Shown: one piece after another, positions 28,243 through 37,663 of the stretch | Numbering within the stretch: the first letter of the stretch is position 1 | Layout of the letters: every line of letters starts with the position of its first letter | Virus record (IMG/VR): IMGVR_UViG_2767802041_000001 | Location: 21,082 to 85,081 of that record | Strand: one strand, 5' to 3' | DNA: 64,000 nucleotides | From: a virus | Taxonomy: Duplodnaviria; Caudoviricetes | Position numbers and translations under genes: made by a program | The notes under the pieces: generated by a model | Told to the model about the DNA's origin: nothing | What the model saw: only the letters and a program-made list of their open reading frames with translations | Database searches by the model: none

Positions 28243-28700
28243 CAGGCGTCCTCGTCCCGGCTGATGGTGCCGGGCTCCTCACCCCGGTACCAGGCCGACT
28301 GTTCGGCGTCGGCAGGATGCCGGGGCGGGTGCACGGTCGCGGACCGGGCGACGAGGCCGCCCATTGCCGTGTACCCGGCGTCGTCCAGGGCGGCCCGCAG
28401 CCGGTCCAGGGCGTCCCGCGTCCATGTCGGGCGGGCCGACAGTTTCCCGGCCTGGTAGCCGACGGGGAGGGCGGCGTCCCACACGGCCTGGACCATGTCG
28501 GCCGGCCAGTCGGGGAACAGGTCGGTGGGGAGCTTGCGGACGGTCCCTGCGGCTTCGAGGTGTCCGGCGGCGAGGAGTCCGGCGAGGTAGTCCCCGGAGG
28601 TCTGGCACCGGTCGGCGAGCGCCTGGTCGACGTGGGCCGGTGACGGGGCGTCGGGGGTCGGTGCGGGGGTGGAGTCCGAGGTGGTGGTGGGCTGGTTCAT
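28239..28700 (-). CDS. hypothetical protein
   Basis: MNQPTTT; ATGA overlap. Confidence 0.6.
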   Translation of the reverse strand: MNQPTTTSDSTPAPTPDAPSPAHVDQALADRCQTSGDYLAGLLAAGHLEAAGTVRKLPTDLFPDWPADMVQAVWDAALPVGYQAGKLSARPTWTRDALDRLRAALDDAGYTAMGGLVARSATVHPPRHPADAEQSAWYRGEEPGTISRDEDAW

Positions 28701-29659
28701 GCTGCGGTCTCCAGAACGGTCGACGAGGTGGTGGCGGGGCGGTGCGGGACCCGGTTCGGGGCGGTGGTTCGCGCGGCCGCGGTGGTGGTGGGGGTGAGGA
28801 ACACCAGGCGCAGCTGCACCGGGCCGCCCGTACCCGTCCCAGCGGAGGCTCGCGGGCGGGATGCGACTACCCGCACCTCCGGGGCCGGGCGAGGGCGGCG
28901 CGGCACGTCCTCCATGGCGGGCAGCACCAGCTGCACCGGGCGTCGGGGGGCGATCCGCCGCTGCCGTACCCCGTCCGCCGTCGGCGCCGCCGCATACGGC
29001 CACGGCCCGTCCGGGCGGATACGGGTCGAGCGGGGTATCAGCCGGTTCTCCACCGCCGCGGCGAGCAGCTGGTCGCGGGTCGCACGGTCCCGGTCCAGCC
29101 CCAACATCCCCACCAGCGCGCTGCGGTGCCAGTTCGCCGTCCGCACGTCCATGCCCGCGAGGGCCGCCACCCGCTCCGGGTCGGTCTCCCGGGCGAGGGC
29201 GAGGAGGAGTTCGCGGCGCTGCGGGGTGCGGGCCTCGACCATGTCCCCGACCGGGGTGGGCGTGGTGTCGGCGGTGACGGTGTCGTGCCGTCGGGCGATC
29301 AGCCGGCGGTGCCGGGTCAGAGCGAGTTCCCCGCCGAGGACGCCTTCGGGTTCGACGAGGTGCTCAACCTGCCGGCCGGTCCCGTCGGTCTCCGTGGTGG
29401 TGGTGTTGGCGTAGGTACGGCACAAGGCCAGCACCGGGCACCGGCCACAAATCTGCAGGGCAGTCTTCTCCCGGTCCAGGCGGGTCTTCTGCGCCTCCGC
29501 ACCATCACCCGTGTACGGGCCCCACGCGTCCAACGGCACGTCCGGGTCCCCCGCGGACATGCCCGGTGCCTCGGGGTCGGGGGCGCACCCCCGGTACTTG
29601 TAGTGCCGGTCGTCCACCAGGCGCTGCCTCGCCGCAATCGCATCGACGGTCGTGGTCAT
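28697..29659 (-). CDS. WhiB-like Cys domain fused to a LuxR-like HTH
   Basis: YRGC...ICGRCPVLALC...EGVLGG; TPQRRELLLALA...VAALAGMDVRTANWH. Confidence 0.6.
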   Translation of the reverse strand: MTTTVDAIAARQRLVDDRHYKYRGCAPDPEAPGMSAGDPDVPLDAWGPYTGDGAEAQKTRLDREKTALQICGRCPVLALCRTYANTTTTETDGTGRQVEHLVEPEGVLGGELALTRHRRLIARRHDTVTADTTPTPVGDMVEARTPQRRELLLALARETDPERVAALAGMDVRTANWHRSALVGMLGLDRDRATRDQLLAAAVENRLIPRSTRIRPDGPWPYAAAPTADGVRQRRIAPRRPVQLVLPAMEDVPRRPRPAPEVRVVASRPRASAGTGTGGPVQLRLVFLTPTTTAAARTTAPNRVPHRPATTSSTVLETAA

Positions 29660-29982
29660 GGGGTGTCCCCTTCCTGCGGGTTGTGGTGTGTGGTGCGGGC
29701 CAGCTCGGCGGCGACGACCGCGTCCGCGGCGGCCATCACCGCCAGCTCGGACGCGGCACGCCCGGTGAACTCCTCTGCGGCCCGCTGTTCGGCGACCGCA
29801 GCAGCGACCCGGGTACGGAACGCCTCCAGGTCCCGGTGATGCACAGCGTCCGCCAGCAGGGTGGCAGCGCGCTCCGCCCGCAGCACACGGCGCAGGCGGT
29901 GCAACTGCCACCACACCCGGCCGGCACCCGCCACAACGGCGAGCACCGCGGCCACGGCGGCGTACTGCTGGGTGGTGGTCAT
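29656..29982 (-). CDS. membrane-anchored hypothetical protein
   Basis: GAGGAGG RBS; N-terminal TM helix. Confidence 0.55.
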   Translation of the reverse strand: MTTTQQYAAVAAVLAVVAGAGRVWWQLHRLRRVLRAERAATLLADAVHHRDLEAFRTRVAAAVAEQRAAEEFTGRAASELAVMAAADAVVAAELARTTHHNPQEGDTP

Positions 29983-30053
29983 GGGTGTCGCCTCCTCTCC
30001 GGGGCGCCGGAACAACACGGGCACGGGCTTGGGCCTCGGGCTGGCCTTCGGGG

Positions 30054-30200
30054 TCACCGCGGCACACCCCCGGTGGGGTTGGGCGGCAGGTCCATCCGGC
30101 CCGACCGGTACCGCCACACCGCCACCAAGAACGGCGAAGCCACCAGCAAGGACAGGACGACGTAGACCAGGGCGATCAGCACGGGGTGCCTCCAGGGCAT
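30054..30200 (-). CDS. 48-aa single-TM protein
   Basis: MPWRHPVLIALVYVVLSLLVASPFLVAVWRYR. Confidence 0.45.
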   Translation of the reverse strand: MPWRHPVLIALVYVVLSLLVASPFLVAVWRYRSGRMDLPPNPTGGVPR

Positions 30201-30257
30201 GGGGAACGGAACGGCCGGCCCCAGAGCGGGACCGGCCGGTAGTCGACAGAAGGCAGA

Positions 30258-31967
30258 TCAGGCGGCGACGCTCAGCTCCGACTGCGGTTGCGCGTGCCGC
30301 TCCAGCTCTTCGCCGGTGACGGCTTCGACCAGGGCGCAGAGGATGACCTCGGCGGCGTTGGGGGTGACGGCGTTGCCGTACTGGCGGACCTTGTCACGTT
30401 TGGAGCCGAGGACGATGTAGTCGTCGGCGAAGCTCATCGCCCGGCCGATCTCGTGGGGCTCCAGCATCCGAAAGCGGACGTCGTTGATGTCGACGTCGCC
30501 TCGGACGAGGGCGTACCGGTCGCGGGTGGAGAGGGCGCCGATGGGTTCGCGGACGGTGCGGGCGGTGCCGTTGGTGTAGTAGGGGACGAGGATGTCGTTC
30601 CAGGTGACGAGCGACTGGTGGCCAGCCGTGGTGAGGGCCCGGACGGGTTCGGTGACCGGGGTGCTGAGGTATCCGGCGTCGCCGCGCACCGAGTTGTTCC
30701 GCATGACCATGGCGGGGATGTCGGGCATGACGAGCCCGTGGTGGTTCCCGGAGGCGGTGACGGTGGCGAGGGCGTCGGTCACGGACCGGGCGACGGAGCC
30801 GCCGCCGCGAAGTTCGGCGATGAACGGCAGCCAGGCAAGCCCGGTCTCGTTGCGGGTGGTCATGGTGCGCAGCGGGTCGTTGACGGAGCGGGCTTCCTTG
30901 CCGTCGCGGCCTTCGACGGGGACGAGGAGCGGCGGGACCATGAGTCCGTCGTTCTCCCGGGTTGTGCGGGCGCCCATGGGTTCGCCGACGCTGACGGCCG
31001 AGTCTCTCCAGGTGCCGCCGGCCGGGACCATCATCGGGACGGGCTGGGAGAACTTCTTGAGCCCGGCCTGGATGCGGGCGAGCGTCTTGTCGGCGAGGGG
31101 CTTGGCCCGGTCGCCGATGCGCTGTCCGGGGATGGACCAGTCGATCGCGGCGGCGGCGGGGAGCGCTTCGGGTTCGACGATCTGGTTGCGGCAGGTGGTG
31201 GAGGGGCAGCGGTAGACGTACTGGGTGCGGTAGCGGCCCATGTCGCGGCCGGGGGTTTTGAACACCTGCATGGCCTGCACCCAGGTGTCGCAGCCGGAGC
31301 ACCAGGCGCGGGGGCGGAGCCACTTGTCCCAGTCGGGGGTGCGGCCCAGCGACTTGTGCCAGTAGCCGACGTAGAGTCGGTCGCGGGACTGGGGTGCGGC
31401 GTGCACGGACCGGGGGTTCGCGTGCATGCTGTTGAGGGCGATGATGCGGGTGAGGTAGCCCATTTTGTGGAGCTCGCCGATCCACCGGTCCCACTGGTCC
31501 CAGGCCCGGACGTCGGTGACATTCTCGACGACCCCGGCCTTGACGAGCCCGCCGCGCTCTTGGACGCCGCGGAGGTACAGCGGCACCTCCTCCATCAGGG
31601 CCCGGGACTCTTCCTCCGCGTCGGCGGGCTCCTCCTCGTCCTGGTCGACGAGGAGGTCGAGGAGGCTGCCCTGCATGGCGGTGTCGAAGTTGCGGCGCTT
31701 GCCCTTCGCCACGGACCAGTTGGTGCACTCCGGGGAGGCCCAGAAGATGTCGGTGACGGGCCAGTCCCAGACGGGGGCGGTGCGGATGTCGCCGCGGTAG
31801 TGGCTGGCCTCGGGGAAGTTCGCCTCGTGGGAGTCGATGGCCTTTGCCCAGTGGTTCGCGGCGCGGGTGACGCGCACGCCGGGAACGGAGTGGGCGCCCT
31901 GGCTGGAGCCTCCTGCACCACAGAACCAGTCCATGACCGTCAGTGCGTTGTCGTCGTTGCGGTACAT
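30258..31967 (-). CDS. DNA (cytosine-5)-methyltransferase
   Basis: DWFCGAGG (motif I), ASPEC (IV), ENV (VI), QSRDR (VIII), GNAV (X). Confidence 0.93.
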   Translation of the reverse strand: MYRNDDNALTVMDWFCGAGGSSQGAHSVPGVRVTRAANHWAKAIDSHEANFPEASHYRGDIRTAPVWDWPVTDIFWASPECTNWSVAKGKRRNFDTAMQGSLLDLLVDQDEEEPADAEEESRALMEEVPLYLRGVQERGGLVKAGVVENVTDVRAWDQWDRWIGELHKMGYLTRIIALNSMHANPRSVHAAPQSRDRLYVGYWHKSLGRTPDWDKWLRPRAWCSGCDTWVQAMQVFKTPGRDMGRYRTQYVYRCPSTTCRNQIVEPEALPAAAAIDWSIPGQRIGDRAKPLADKTLARIQAGLKKFSQPVPMMVPAGGTWRDSAVSVGEPMGARTTRENDGLMVPPLLVPVEGRDGKEARSVNDPLRTMTTRNETGLAWLPFIAELRGGGSVARSVTDALATVTASGNHHGLVMPDIPAMVMRNNSVRGDAGYLSTPVTEPVRALTTAGHQSLVTWNDILVPYYTNGTARTVREPIGALSTRDRYALVRGDVDINDVRFRMLEPHEIGRAMSFADDYIVLGSKRDKVRQYGNAVTPNAAEVILCALVEAVTGEELERHAQPQSELSVAA

Positions 31968-32887
31968 CAGGCTGCGTTCCTCTCGCGGGTGTCGGCGTTG
32001 CTGTTCAGCTCGTCACGGCGGGCCCGGAGATGCGTGATGCGGGCGGCGAGCATGTCCTCGACCCGCGTCGGGACCTTCGGCTCGCCGAACGGGACCATCT
32101 CGTTCAGCAGCGTCTTCGCCTTGGCCTCGGCAAGGGCCTGGAGCGTGGCCTCCAAGCTGTCCCACCCGTTACGGACCCGCTCCAGGAACGGGCCCAGGAT
32201 CTGCTGCTGCGTCTCGGCCGGCGTCATGGCCCGCGGGCCGGACGTTTCCGGCCGTGCCTCCTGCGCCGGGCCGGCCGCGGTCTCGTCGAGCGATGCGCCC
32301 CCGGACTCCACGATCTCCAGGTCCGACGACGTCCACAGATCCAGCGCCATCCCGAACCGCATCCCCGCGTTACGGATCGCGTCCCCGATGATCTCCTTCA
32401 CCGCGTCGCCACCAGACTTACCGTCGGCACTGCCGTAGCCCAGCCGCGTCATCCCGCACACCGTGAGACGGATCCACATGCCACGGTTCCCGTCGTACTG
32501 CGGCAGCCCGTTTGCATCCGGCGCCATCGGCTCCCAGTCCCAGAACGGGTCGACGTTCAGGAGCCGGTTGGTGGCCTCGGCGTGCCCGACGAAGCGGAGG
32601 TCGATGTGCGCGGTCGTCATGTTCTGCCCGCACTTCCGGCACTGGCGACGCTCATGGTCGTTGCGGCTGCAGGTGCCCTTCGCGTCGCGGCAGGCCTTGC
32701 ACCAGACGCGGGGAAGGTAGCGGATCTCTTCGGGCTTGAACGGCTCGCGAAGTCTGTGGAGGGCTTCGAGCTGCTCGGCGCGGCTGTAGCCGAAGGTGTT
32801 GGCCGGGCGGGTGTCGGCCTGGTTTTGGGTGTGCGAGGTGGGGCCCTCCGCCGTGACGCTGGCGGGGGCCTCGGTGGCCGTGGCCAT
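31967..32887 (-). CDS. Rad52/Sak-like single-strand annealing protein
   Basis: LREPF...FVGHAEATNRL...WIRLTVCG...KEIIGDAIRNAGMRFG.ALDLW. Confidence 0.75.
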   Translation of the reverse strand: MATATEAPASVTAEGPTSHTQNQADTRPANTFGYSRAEQLEALHRLREPFKPEEIRYLPRVWCKACRDAKGTCSRNDHERRQCRKCGQNMTTAHIDLRFVGHAEATNRLLNVDPFWDWEPMAPDANGLPQYDGNRGMWIRLTVCGMTRLGYGSADGKSGGDAVKEIIGDAIRNAGMRFGMALDLWTSSDLEIVESGGASLDETAAGPAQEARPETSGPRAMTPAETQQQILGPFLERVRNGWDSLEATLQALAEAKAKTLLNEMVPFGEPKVPTRVEDMLAARITHLRARRDELNSNADTRERNAA

Positions 32888-32962
32888 GAGGTCTCCTATG
32901 GGGTTATCGCCGCCGGCTGGCGGGCCCGGGTGTCGTCACCGGCGCCCGCCCCGGGCGGGGAG

Positions 32963-33511
32963 TTACTCGGGTTCGGGTAGGGCAGTGAAGTTGTCGACGA
33001 GCCAGGACCGCAGAACCTGCGACGTGATCGGAGCCCAGTCCAGCTCCCCATCCGCCAGGAGCTTCTGCCCGTACTCGTCGACCCGGCGGCGCAGGTCCGC
33101 GTTCACCCGGATGTTCAGGTTCGCGACCGGCCCCTCGTGCTCACCCCGGACGGGGCGCAGCGGCGTGTACTCGTCGGTGAGGAACGAGTTCAGCGCGGCC
33201 GCAGCCTCCATGGAGAGGGAGGTGCCCTTCTTCAGGGCGGGGGTGGTGCCGTCCTTCTTCATGGCCTCGTCCTTCTTCTGGACGTTGACCTTGATCTCGT
33301 CACGCACCGCCCGGGGCATGCGGATCGCGAGGTTCGGGCTCTCCTCCTCCAGATCCTTCCATCGCAGCCGGCTGACGAAGCGGGCCCCTTCGTCGGTGAG
33401 GACGAAGTCGACGGTGTCGGCGAGCTCGGCGGGGGCGCCGGTGTCGCGGAGGTGTGCGGAGGCCTTCTTGAGCAGGTCGACGCGGTGCTGGTCCTGGCGG
33501 CTGAGTGCCAC
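32963..33511 (-). CDS. putative repressor with tandem ribbon-helix-helix-like motifs
   Basis: NLAIRMPRAVRDEI and NLNIRVNADLRRRV; operators directly upstream. Confidence 0.55.
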   Translation of the reverse strand: MALSRQDQHRVDLLKKASAHLRDTGAPAELADTVDFVLTDEGARFVSRLRWKDLEEESPNLAIRMPRAVRDEIKVNVQKKDEAMKKDGTTPALKKGTSLSMEAAAALNSFLTDEYTPLRPVRGEHEGPVANLNIRVNADLRRRVDEYGQKLLADGELDWAPITSQVLRSWLVDNFTALPEPE

Positions 33512-33600
33512 GGGGCGGGGTCCTCTCGGCGGGCGCCGCCCGTGCCGAGGGTGGCCGGGCGGGCGTGCATGGGCGTGTACCACGTCATCGTCCTCCATTT

Positions 33601-33619
33601 CGTATTGCTACGCCATGCC
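33601..33619. promoter_or_regulatory. degenerate operator copy
   Basis: CGTATTGC-TAC-GCCATGCC. Confidence 0.5.
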
Positions 33620-33678
33620 CGACGGGTATGGCGGCCGGGAAGCGGGTGTTCCTGGCTGATGCCAACCCTACGCCCTTT

Positions 33679-33711
33679 CGTATTGCATTGCAATGCGTTT
33701 CGTGTCATGGT
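33679..33711 (+). promoter_or_regulatory. operator palindrome overlapping a promoter
   Basis: CGTATTGC-ATT-GCAATGCG (33679-33697); TTGCAT-17bp-CATGGT. Confidence 0.7.
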
Positions 33712-33743
33712 GGTCGCACACCACAACACGCGGGGAGATCGCC

Positions 33744-34082
33744 ATGAAGGCCAGCAGCCGCCAGGCACGCCAGACCATCCGCACCAGGACCCGCACCCAG
33801 CGCGCTGCCGCCCGCATTGCCCGACGCGGCAACGGCACCCTCACAACCCACGCCATCGCCGCCGGCCTCACCCCCCGCGAAGCCCGCAGCGTCGCCAGCA
33901 GCCTCCGCAAGACCGCCACCAAGCTCGGCATCCAGGGCCAGGCGGGCACCGCGCACACCAAGGGTCGCGTTCGCACCTGCACCCGATACACCCGCCAGCA
34001 GGTCGCCGCCCTCGCCGTGGCGTACCGGCCCCGCAAGGAGGCCTACCGCCTCGCCGCCACCCGCCTGACCCTCGCCGCGTAA
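33744..34082 (+). CDS. small, highly basic protein
   Basis: GGAG RBS; MKASSRQARQ; Arg/Lys/Ala-rich. Confidence 0.7.
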   Translation: MKASSRQARQTIRTRTRTQRAAARIARRGNGTLTTHAIAAGLTPREARSVASSLRKTATKLGIQGQAGTAHTKGRVRTCTRYTRQQVAALAVAYRPRKEAYRLAATRLTLAA

Positions 34083-34090
34083 GGAGCCTG

Positions 34091-34837
34091 ATGTTGATCT
34101 GCCAGAGTTGCGAGAAGGAACCCAAGGGGCCTCTCGTTAGGGGCAGGTGCGACGCCTGCTATCGCAGACACCTTCGTGCGCTGAAGCAAGCAAACACGTA
34201 CGTCCCCAAGACCCCTCTCGACCGCAACCGGCCCGTGAAGGAGCGCATCCTGGACAGGGCCGTTTCCGGCTGGGGCGGATGCATCATCTGGACAGGGCCG
34301 ACCTGGGACGGGTACGGAGTTGTGAAAGTCGGCGGCTCGGCACGTGTAGCACACCGGGTTCTGTACGAAATCTTCATGGGCCCGGTGCCAGGCGGCTTGG
34401 AACTGGACCACACCTGCCACACCGAACAATTGGACTGCCCCGGCGGGCAATGTGTCCATCGGAGGTGTGTCAATCCGTATCACCTGGAGCCCGTGACCTC
34501 TGCCGAGAACAAGTTCCGCGGGAGAAGCCCCATAGCGGCAAACGCATTCAAAACTCACTGCCCACAGGGTCACGAGTACACCGACGACAACACGTACCGG
34601 AAGCCCAGCAACGGGCAGCGCGTCTGTAAGCAGTGCCGCGACGCGCAGTATCGAGCGGCACATCCGCCACGTCCACGAGTCGACACGGAGCGATCTCATT
34701 GCCGAAACGGCCACCCCCAGGGCGCTTCGGCCACCTTCATTGACTCTGGTGGGGTAACCCGCTGCAAGGAGTGCCGTAGGGAGTCGAGTCGTCAAAGTAA
34801 GCGACGCCGACGGCAGGAGCGGAACGCGTCTACCTGA
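34091..34837 (+). CDS. HNH homing endonuclease with Zn-finger repeats
   Basis: GCIIWTG..DGYG..AHRVLY..LDHTC..CVNPYHLEPVT..EN; THCPQGHEY and SHCRNGH; lower GC. Confidence 0.88.
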   Translation: MLICQSCEKEPKGPLVRGRCDACYRRHLRALKQANTYVPKTPLDRNRPVKERILDRAVSGWGGCIIWTGPTWDGYGVVKVGGSARVAHRVLYEIFMGPVPGGLELDHTCHTEQLDCPGGQCVHRRCVNPYHLEPVTSAENKFRGRSPIAANAFKTHCPQGHEYTDDNTYRKPSNGQRVCKQCRDAQYRAAHPPRPRVDTERSHCRNGHPQGASATFIDSGGVTRCKECRRESSRQSKRRRRQERNAST

Positions 34838-34916
34838 GGCACGGGCACAACCGTGAGATCACGGCGATTGTAGACCGCCCCTCGCGCCAGCCGCCACCAA
34901 ACCGGACACTAACCCC

Positions 34917-35123
34917 ATGGCCCGCGACAACCGGAACGCCCAGCCCACCCTCATCGACGACCCCAACACCGGCTACCGGCACCGGTACTGCCGACGCTGC
35001 GGACGACCGTTGACCGTGCTCAGCTCGCGGTTGAACGGGTACGGCCCGGCCTGCGACCCCAACCGGCACCCCGGTGCGGCAGCACCCCACGAAGTCGACC
35101 AAGACGCTATCCCCGGCACCTGA
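34917..35123 (+). CDS. DUF6011-like Zn-ribbon protein
   Basis: CRRCGRPLT..SS...GYGPAC. Confidence 0.65.
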   Translation: MARDNRNAQPTLIDDPNTGYRHRYCRRCGRPLTVLSSRLNGYGPACDPNRHPGAAAPHEVDQDAIPGT

Positions 35124-35394
35124 CGACCGATAAGCTCCACCACGCATCACCACCTTGAAGACCCGACGTGGACGAAGGCCAAACAGCAGGCCCAGACAAC
35201 ACGGGGCACTTCAAGGAAAGGGGGGCTCATGGTTGAACGACACAAACCAGAAGCCGACGACGAAAGACTCGTTCGGACGTCGCGTTGCAGGTCACCTGAC
35301 AGCGCGCGCACTGTGGGAAGCCATCAAGTGGCTGTACGAGCAAGTTTCGTCGCTCTAGGTTGACGCAGGTCCCGGGACCCACAGTCCGGGACTG

Positions 35395-36537
35395 TCACCC
35401 CGCAGGCGGCCCGTCCAGCGGCACCGCCGTCACCGACCGGCGCACCTGCTCCATCCGCACCGGCAACGGCTCCCACCCCCGCGACCCCGCCATCACCCAG
35501 TTCAACGCCGCAATGCCCTTCGTGTACGACCGGCGCAACCCATCCGGCAACAACCGCACCCCCGCCGGACCCGCCTTCGACGCCTGCAACGTCACCCACA
35601 ACCCCCGCCGCGAACCCAACAACGGCAGGTCCTCGACCACCTGCTCGCGGATCTCCAACCAGCGGCGCACCGCAACCCGCGACCCCTCCCGCAGCGCATA
35701 CCACTCCACCTCCGGCGGCGGCCCCAATTCCTTGACCGCCGCCAACACCCGCTGCCTCGTCGCCTCCGATCGGGCCTCCAGGCGCCCGCCGAGCACCACC
35801 TTCACCGACTCCGGATGCACCTCGGCCAGGGCAGCGATCTCCCCCACCCGGTTCGCCGGCCCCTTCTGCTGCCGCCGCCGCACCCCCACCGCCGACAGAT
35901 CCTCCGCCAGGTCGTCCACGTTCACCGCGGCCAGCTCACCCGACCTCGGCCCCGCATCCAGCACCACCGCCACCATCGCCAACAGCCGGGCACGCTGCTC
36001 GAACGACATGCCCACACCATCCCGCGACAACGGGCCCCGGGCGGCCAGGTCCACCATCCCCCGGTACAGCGCCTCCAACGACCGGGCCTCGACCGTCGGC
36101 TTCAACTCGGGCTGCGGCAGCACCGGCAACACCAACCCCACCCCAGGGGCTACCACCGGGCCGAGCAGGGCCACACAGTCCAGGAACACCCGCTGCGACG
36201 CCAACGGCACAGCCCGACCCCGGTCCTCCGCCCGGTAACGCAACTCCCCAGCCGCCACCAGGTCGAACACCGCCCCCAGCACCTCCGGGGCGAACAGTCG
36301 GCCCGCCGACCGCAGCACCCGCCCGCCGGCCACCTCCGGGCGGCCCACCGCACGGTCGAACATCCCCACCACCGCCCACAACTGGTGGGCCCGCTGGTCC
36401 GAGACCTGCACCGGAACACCGCCAGCCCCCGGGACCCGCAACCGCCCCTCCCACCGGCCGGCGTCACGCGGCGCGACCCGCTCCACCACCGCGGCGAGCT
36501 GCCGCACCGCCGGGGAACCGTACTGCCTGCTGTTCAC
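35395..36537 (-). CDS. degenerate tyrosine-recombinase-fold protein
   Basis: Box I-like RLLAMVAVVLDAGPRSGELAAVNVDDL; EQVRRS instead of HxxR; protein ends before any catalytic Tyr. Confidence 0.6.
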   Translation of the reverse strand: MNSRQYGSPAVRQLAAVVERVAPRDAGRWEGRLRVPGAGGVPVQVSDQRAHQLWAVVGMFDRAVGRPEVAGGRVLRSAGRLFAPEVLGAVFDLVAAGELRYRAEDRGRAVPLASQRVFLDCVALLGPVVAPGVGLVLPVLPQPELKPTVEARSLEALYRGMVDLAARGPLSRDGVGMSFEQRARLLAMVAVVLDAGPRSGELAAVNVDDLAEDLSAVGVRRRQQKGPANRVGEIAALAEVHPESVKVVLGGRLEARSEATRQRVLAAVKELGPPPEVEWYALREGSRVAVRRWLEIREQVVEDLPLLGSRRGLWVTLQASKAGPAGVRLLPDGLRRSYTKGIAALNWVMAGSRGWEPLPVRMEQVRRSVTAVPLDGPPAG

Positions 36538-36559
36538 CGGGGTCTCCTGCTCGTAGGCA

Positions 36560-37663
36560 TCAGGTGAGTCCTGCGGAGGCATTGTCCTCCCAGCCGTCGT
36601 CGCGCTGCATGTACCCGAGCATGGAACGGCTGTGCCTGGCCCACCCGCCCTGGTCTGCGATGGCGACGGCGTCCTTGCCCTTGCGGCGCCCGGTGGACGC
36701 GAGGCCGGAGCGCAGGGAGTGGCCGGTCCAGAGGATGGGGATGCCGGCCCGCTGGGAGATGCGCTTGATGGCGCGGGTTACCCCGTCCGGCCCGAGCGGG
36801 CCGCGGATGTTGCCGTGCTGGTCGATCCAGTGGAACGCCGAGTCGGACGGCGACTCGTGGGGGCTGCCTCCGTGGGCGACGAGGGCCTGCCGGTATGCGA
36901 CCCAGGCTCGGACTGGGCAGATGACGGGGTCCTTCTGGTAAGGGATCTTCGCGTCGCGCACGGAGTGCTTCGTCTTGCCGGTGAGGACGGAGACGACGAG
37001 CCCCTTGGCCCGTACGGCGACGTCACCGTTCAGCAGGCCGGCGGGCTCGGAGGCGCGGGAGGCGAAGTGGAACCCGGTGAGAACGAGGGCGAGGTCGCGC
37101 AGGCCTTCAAGGCTGTCGTCGCAGGCTGCGGAGATGGCGTAGAGGCCGTCGGGGTCGGCGGCCACCGCCTGGCCGCGGCCGCGGCGCTCCTTTCCCTTGA
37201 GGAGCAGCACCTCCAGGCCGTCCAAGGCGATGCGCGCCTCGGCGGCGTCGTCCTTGGTGACGGTATGGCCGCCCCTGCGCAGGCCGACGATCGCGGCGTC
37301 CAGGTGCAACCGGGCGCTGGCCGGCGCGTACCCCAAGACCCCGCCCGGTCCTGGCCGTTGCCGTCCTTCGCGGAGTAGCCACCCGACGTAGGCGACCAGA
37401 GTGCCGCGCGATCCCTCGGTGAGAGGGAAGCCCTGCGCGGCGCAGAACCGCTCCCAAACGCGCCAGGACTTGGTGTAGGTGTCCTCGGTGTTCGCGGGCC
37501 GGATCTCGGCGGCGACGGCATCGGCGAAGTCCTCGGCCTGCGCGAGCCGGGCGGCCGCCTCGACGCCGTGGCGTGCCGCCCACTTCTCGACGAGCGCTGC
37601 ACGCTGGGCGACGGCCGGGCTCGGTAGCGGCCCCAGGGGAAGGCCATCCAGGGCGGTGCTCAC
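36560..37663 (-). CDS. Cre-like tyrosine recombinase/resolvase
   Basis: PANTEDTY..W..W..FC N-domain; RDLAL...ASRASE; KT; GHSLRSG; GGW...MLGY. Confidence 0.9.
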   Translation of the reverse strand: MSTALDGLPLGPLPSPAVAQRAALVEKWAARHGVEAAARLAQAEDFADAVAAEIRPANTEDTYTKSWRVWERFCAAQGFPLTEGSRGTLVAYVGWLLREGRQRPGPGGVLGYAPASARLHLDAAIVGLRRGGHTVTKDDAAEARIALDGLEVLLLKGKERRGRGQAVAADPDGLYAISAACDDSLEGLRDLALVLTGFHFASRASEPAGLLNGDVAVRAKGLVVSVLTGKTKHSVRDAKIPYQKDPVICPVRAWVAYRQALVAHGGSPHESPSDSAFHWIDQHGNIRGPLGPDGVTRAIKRISQRAGIPILWTGHSLRSGLASTGRRKGKDAVAIADQGGWARHSRSMLGYMQRDDGWEDNASAGLT

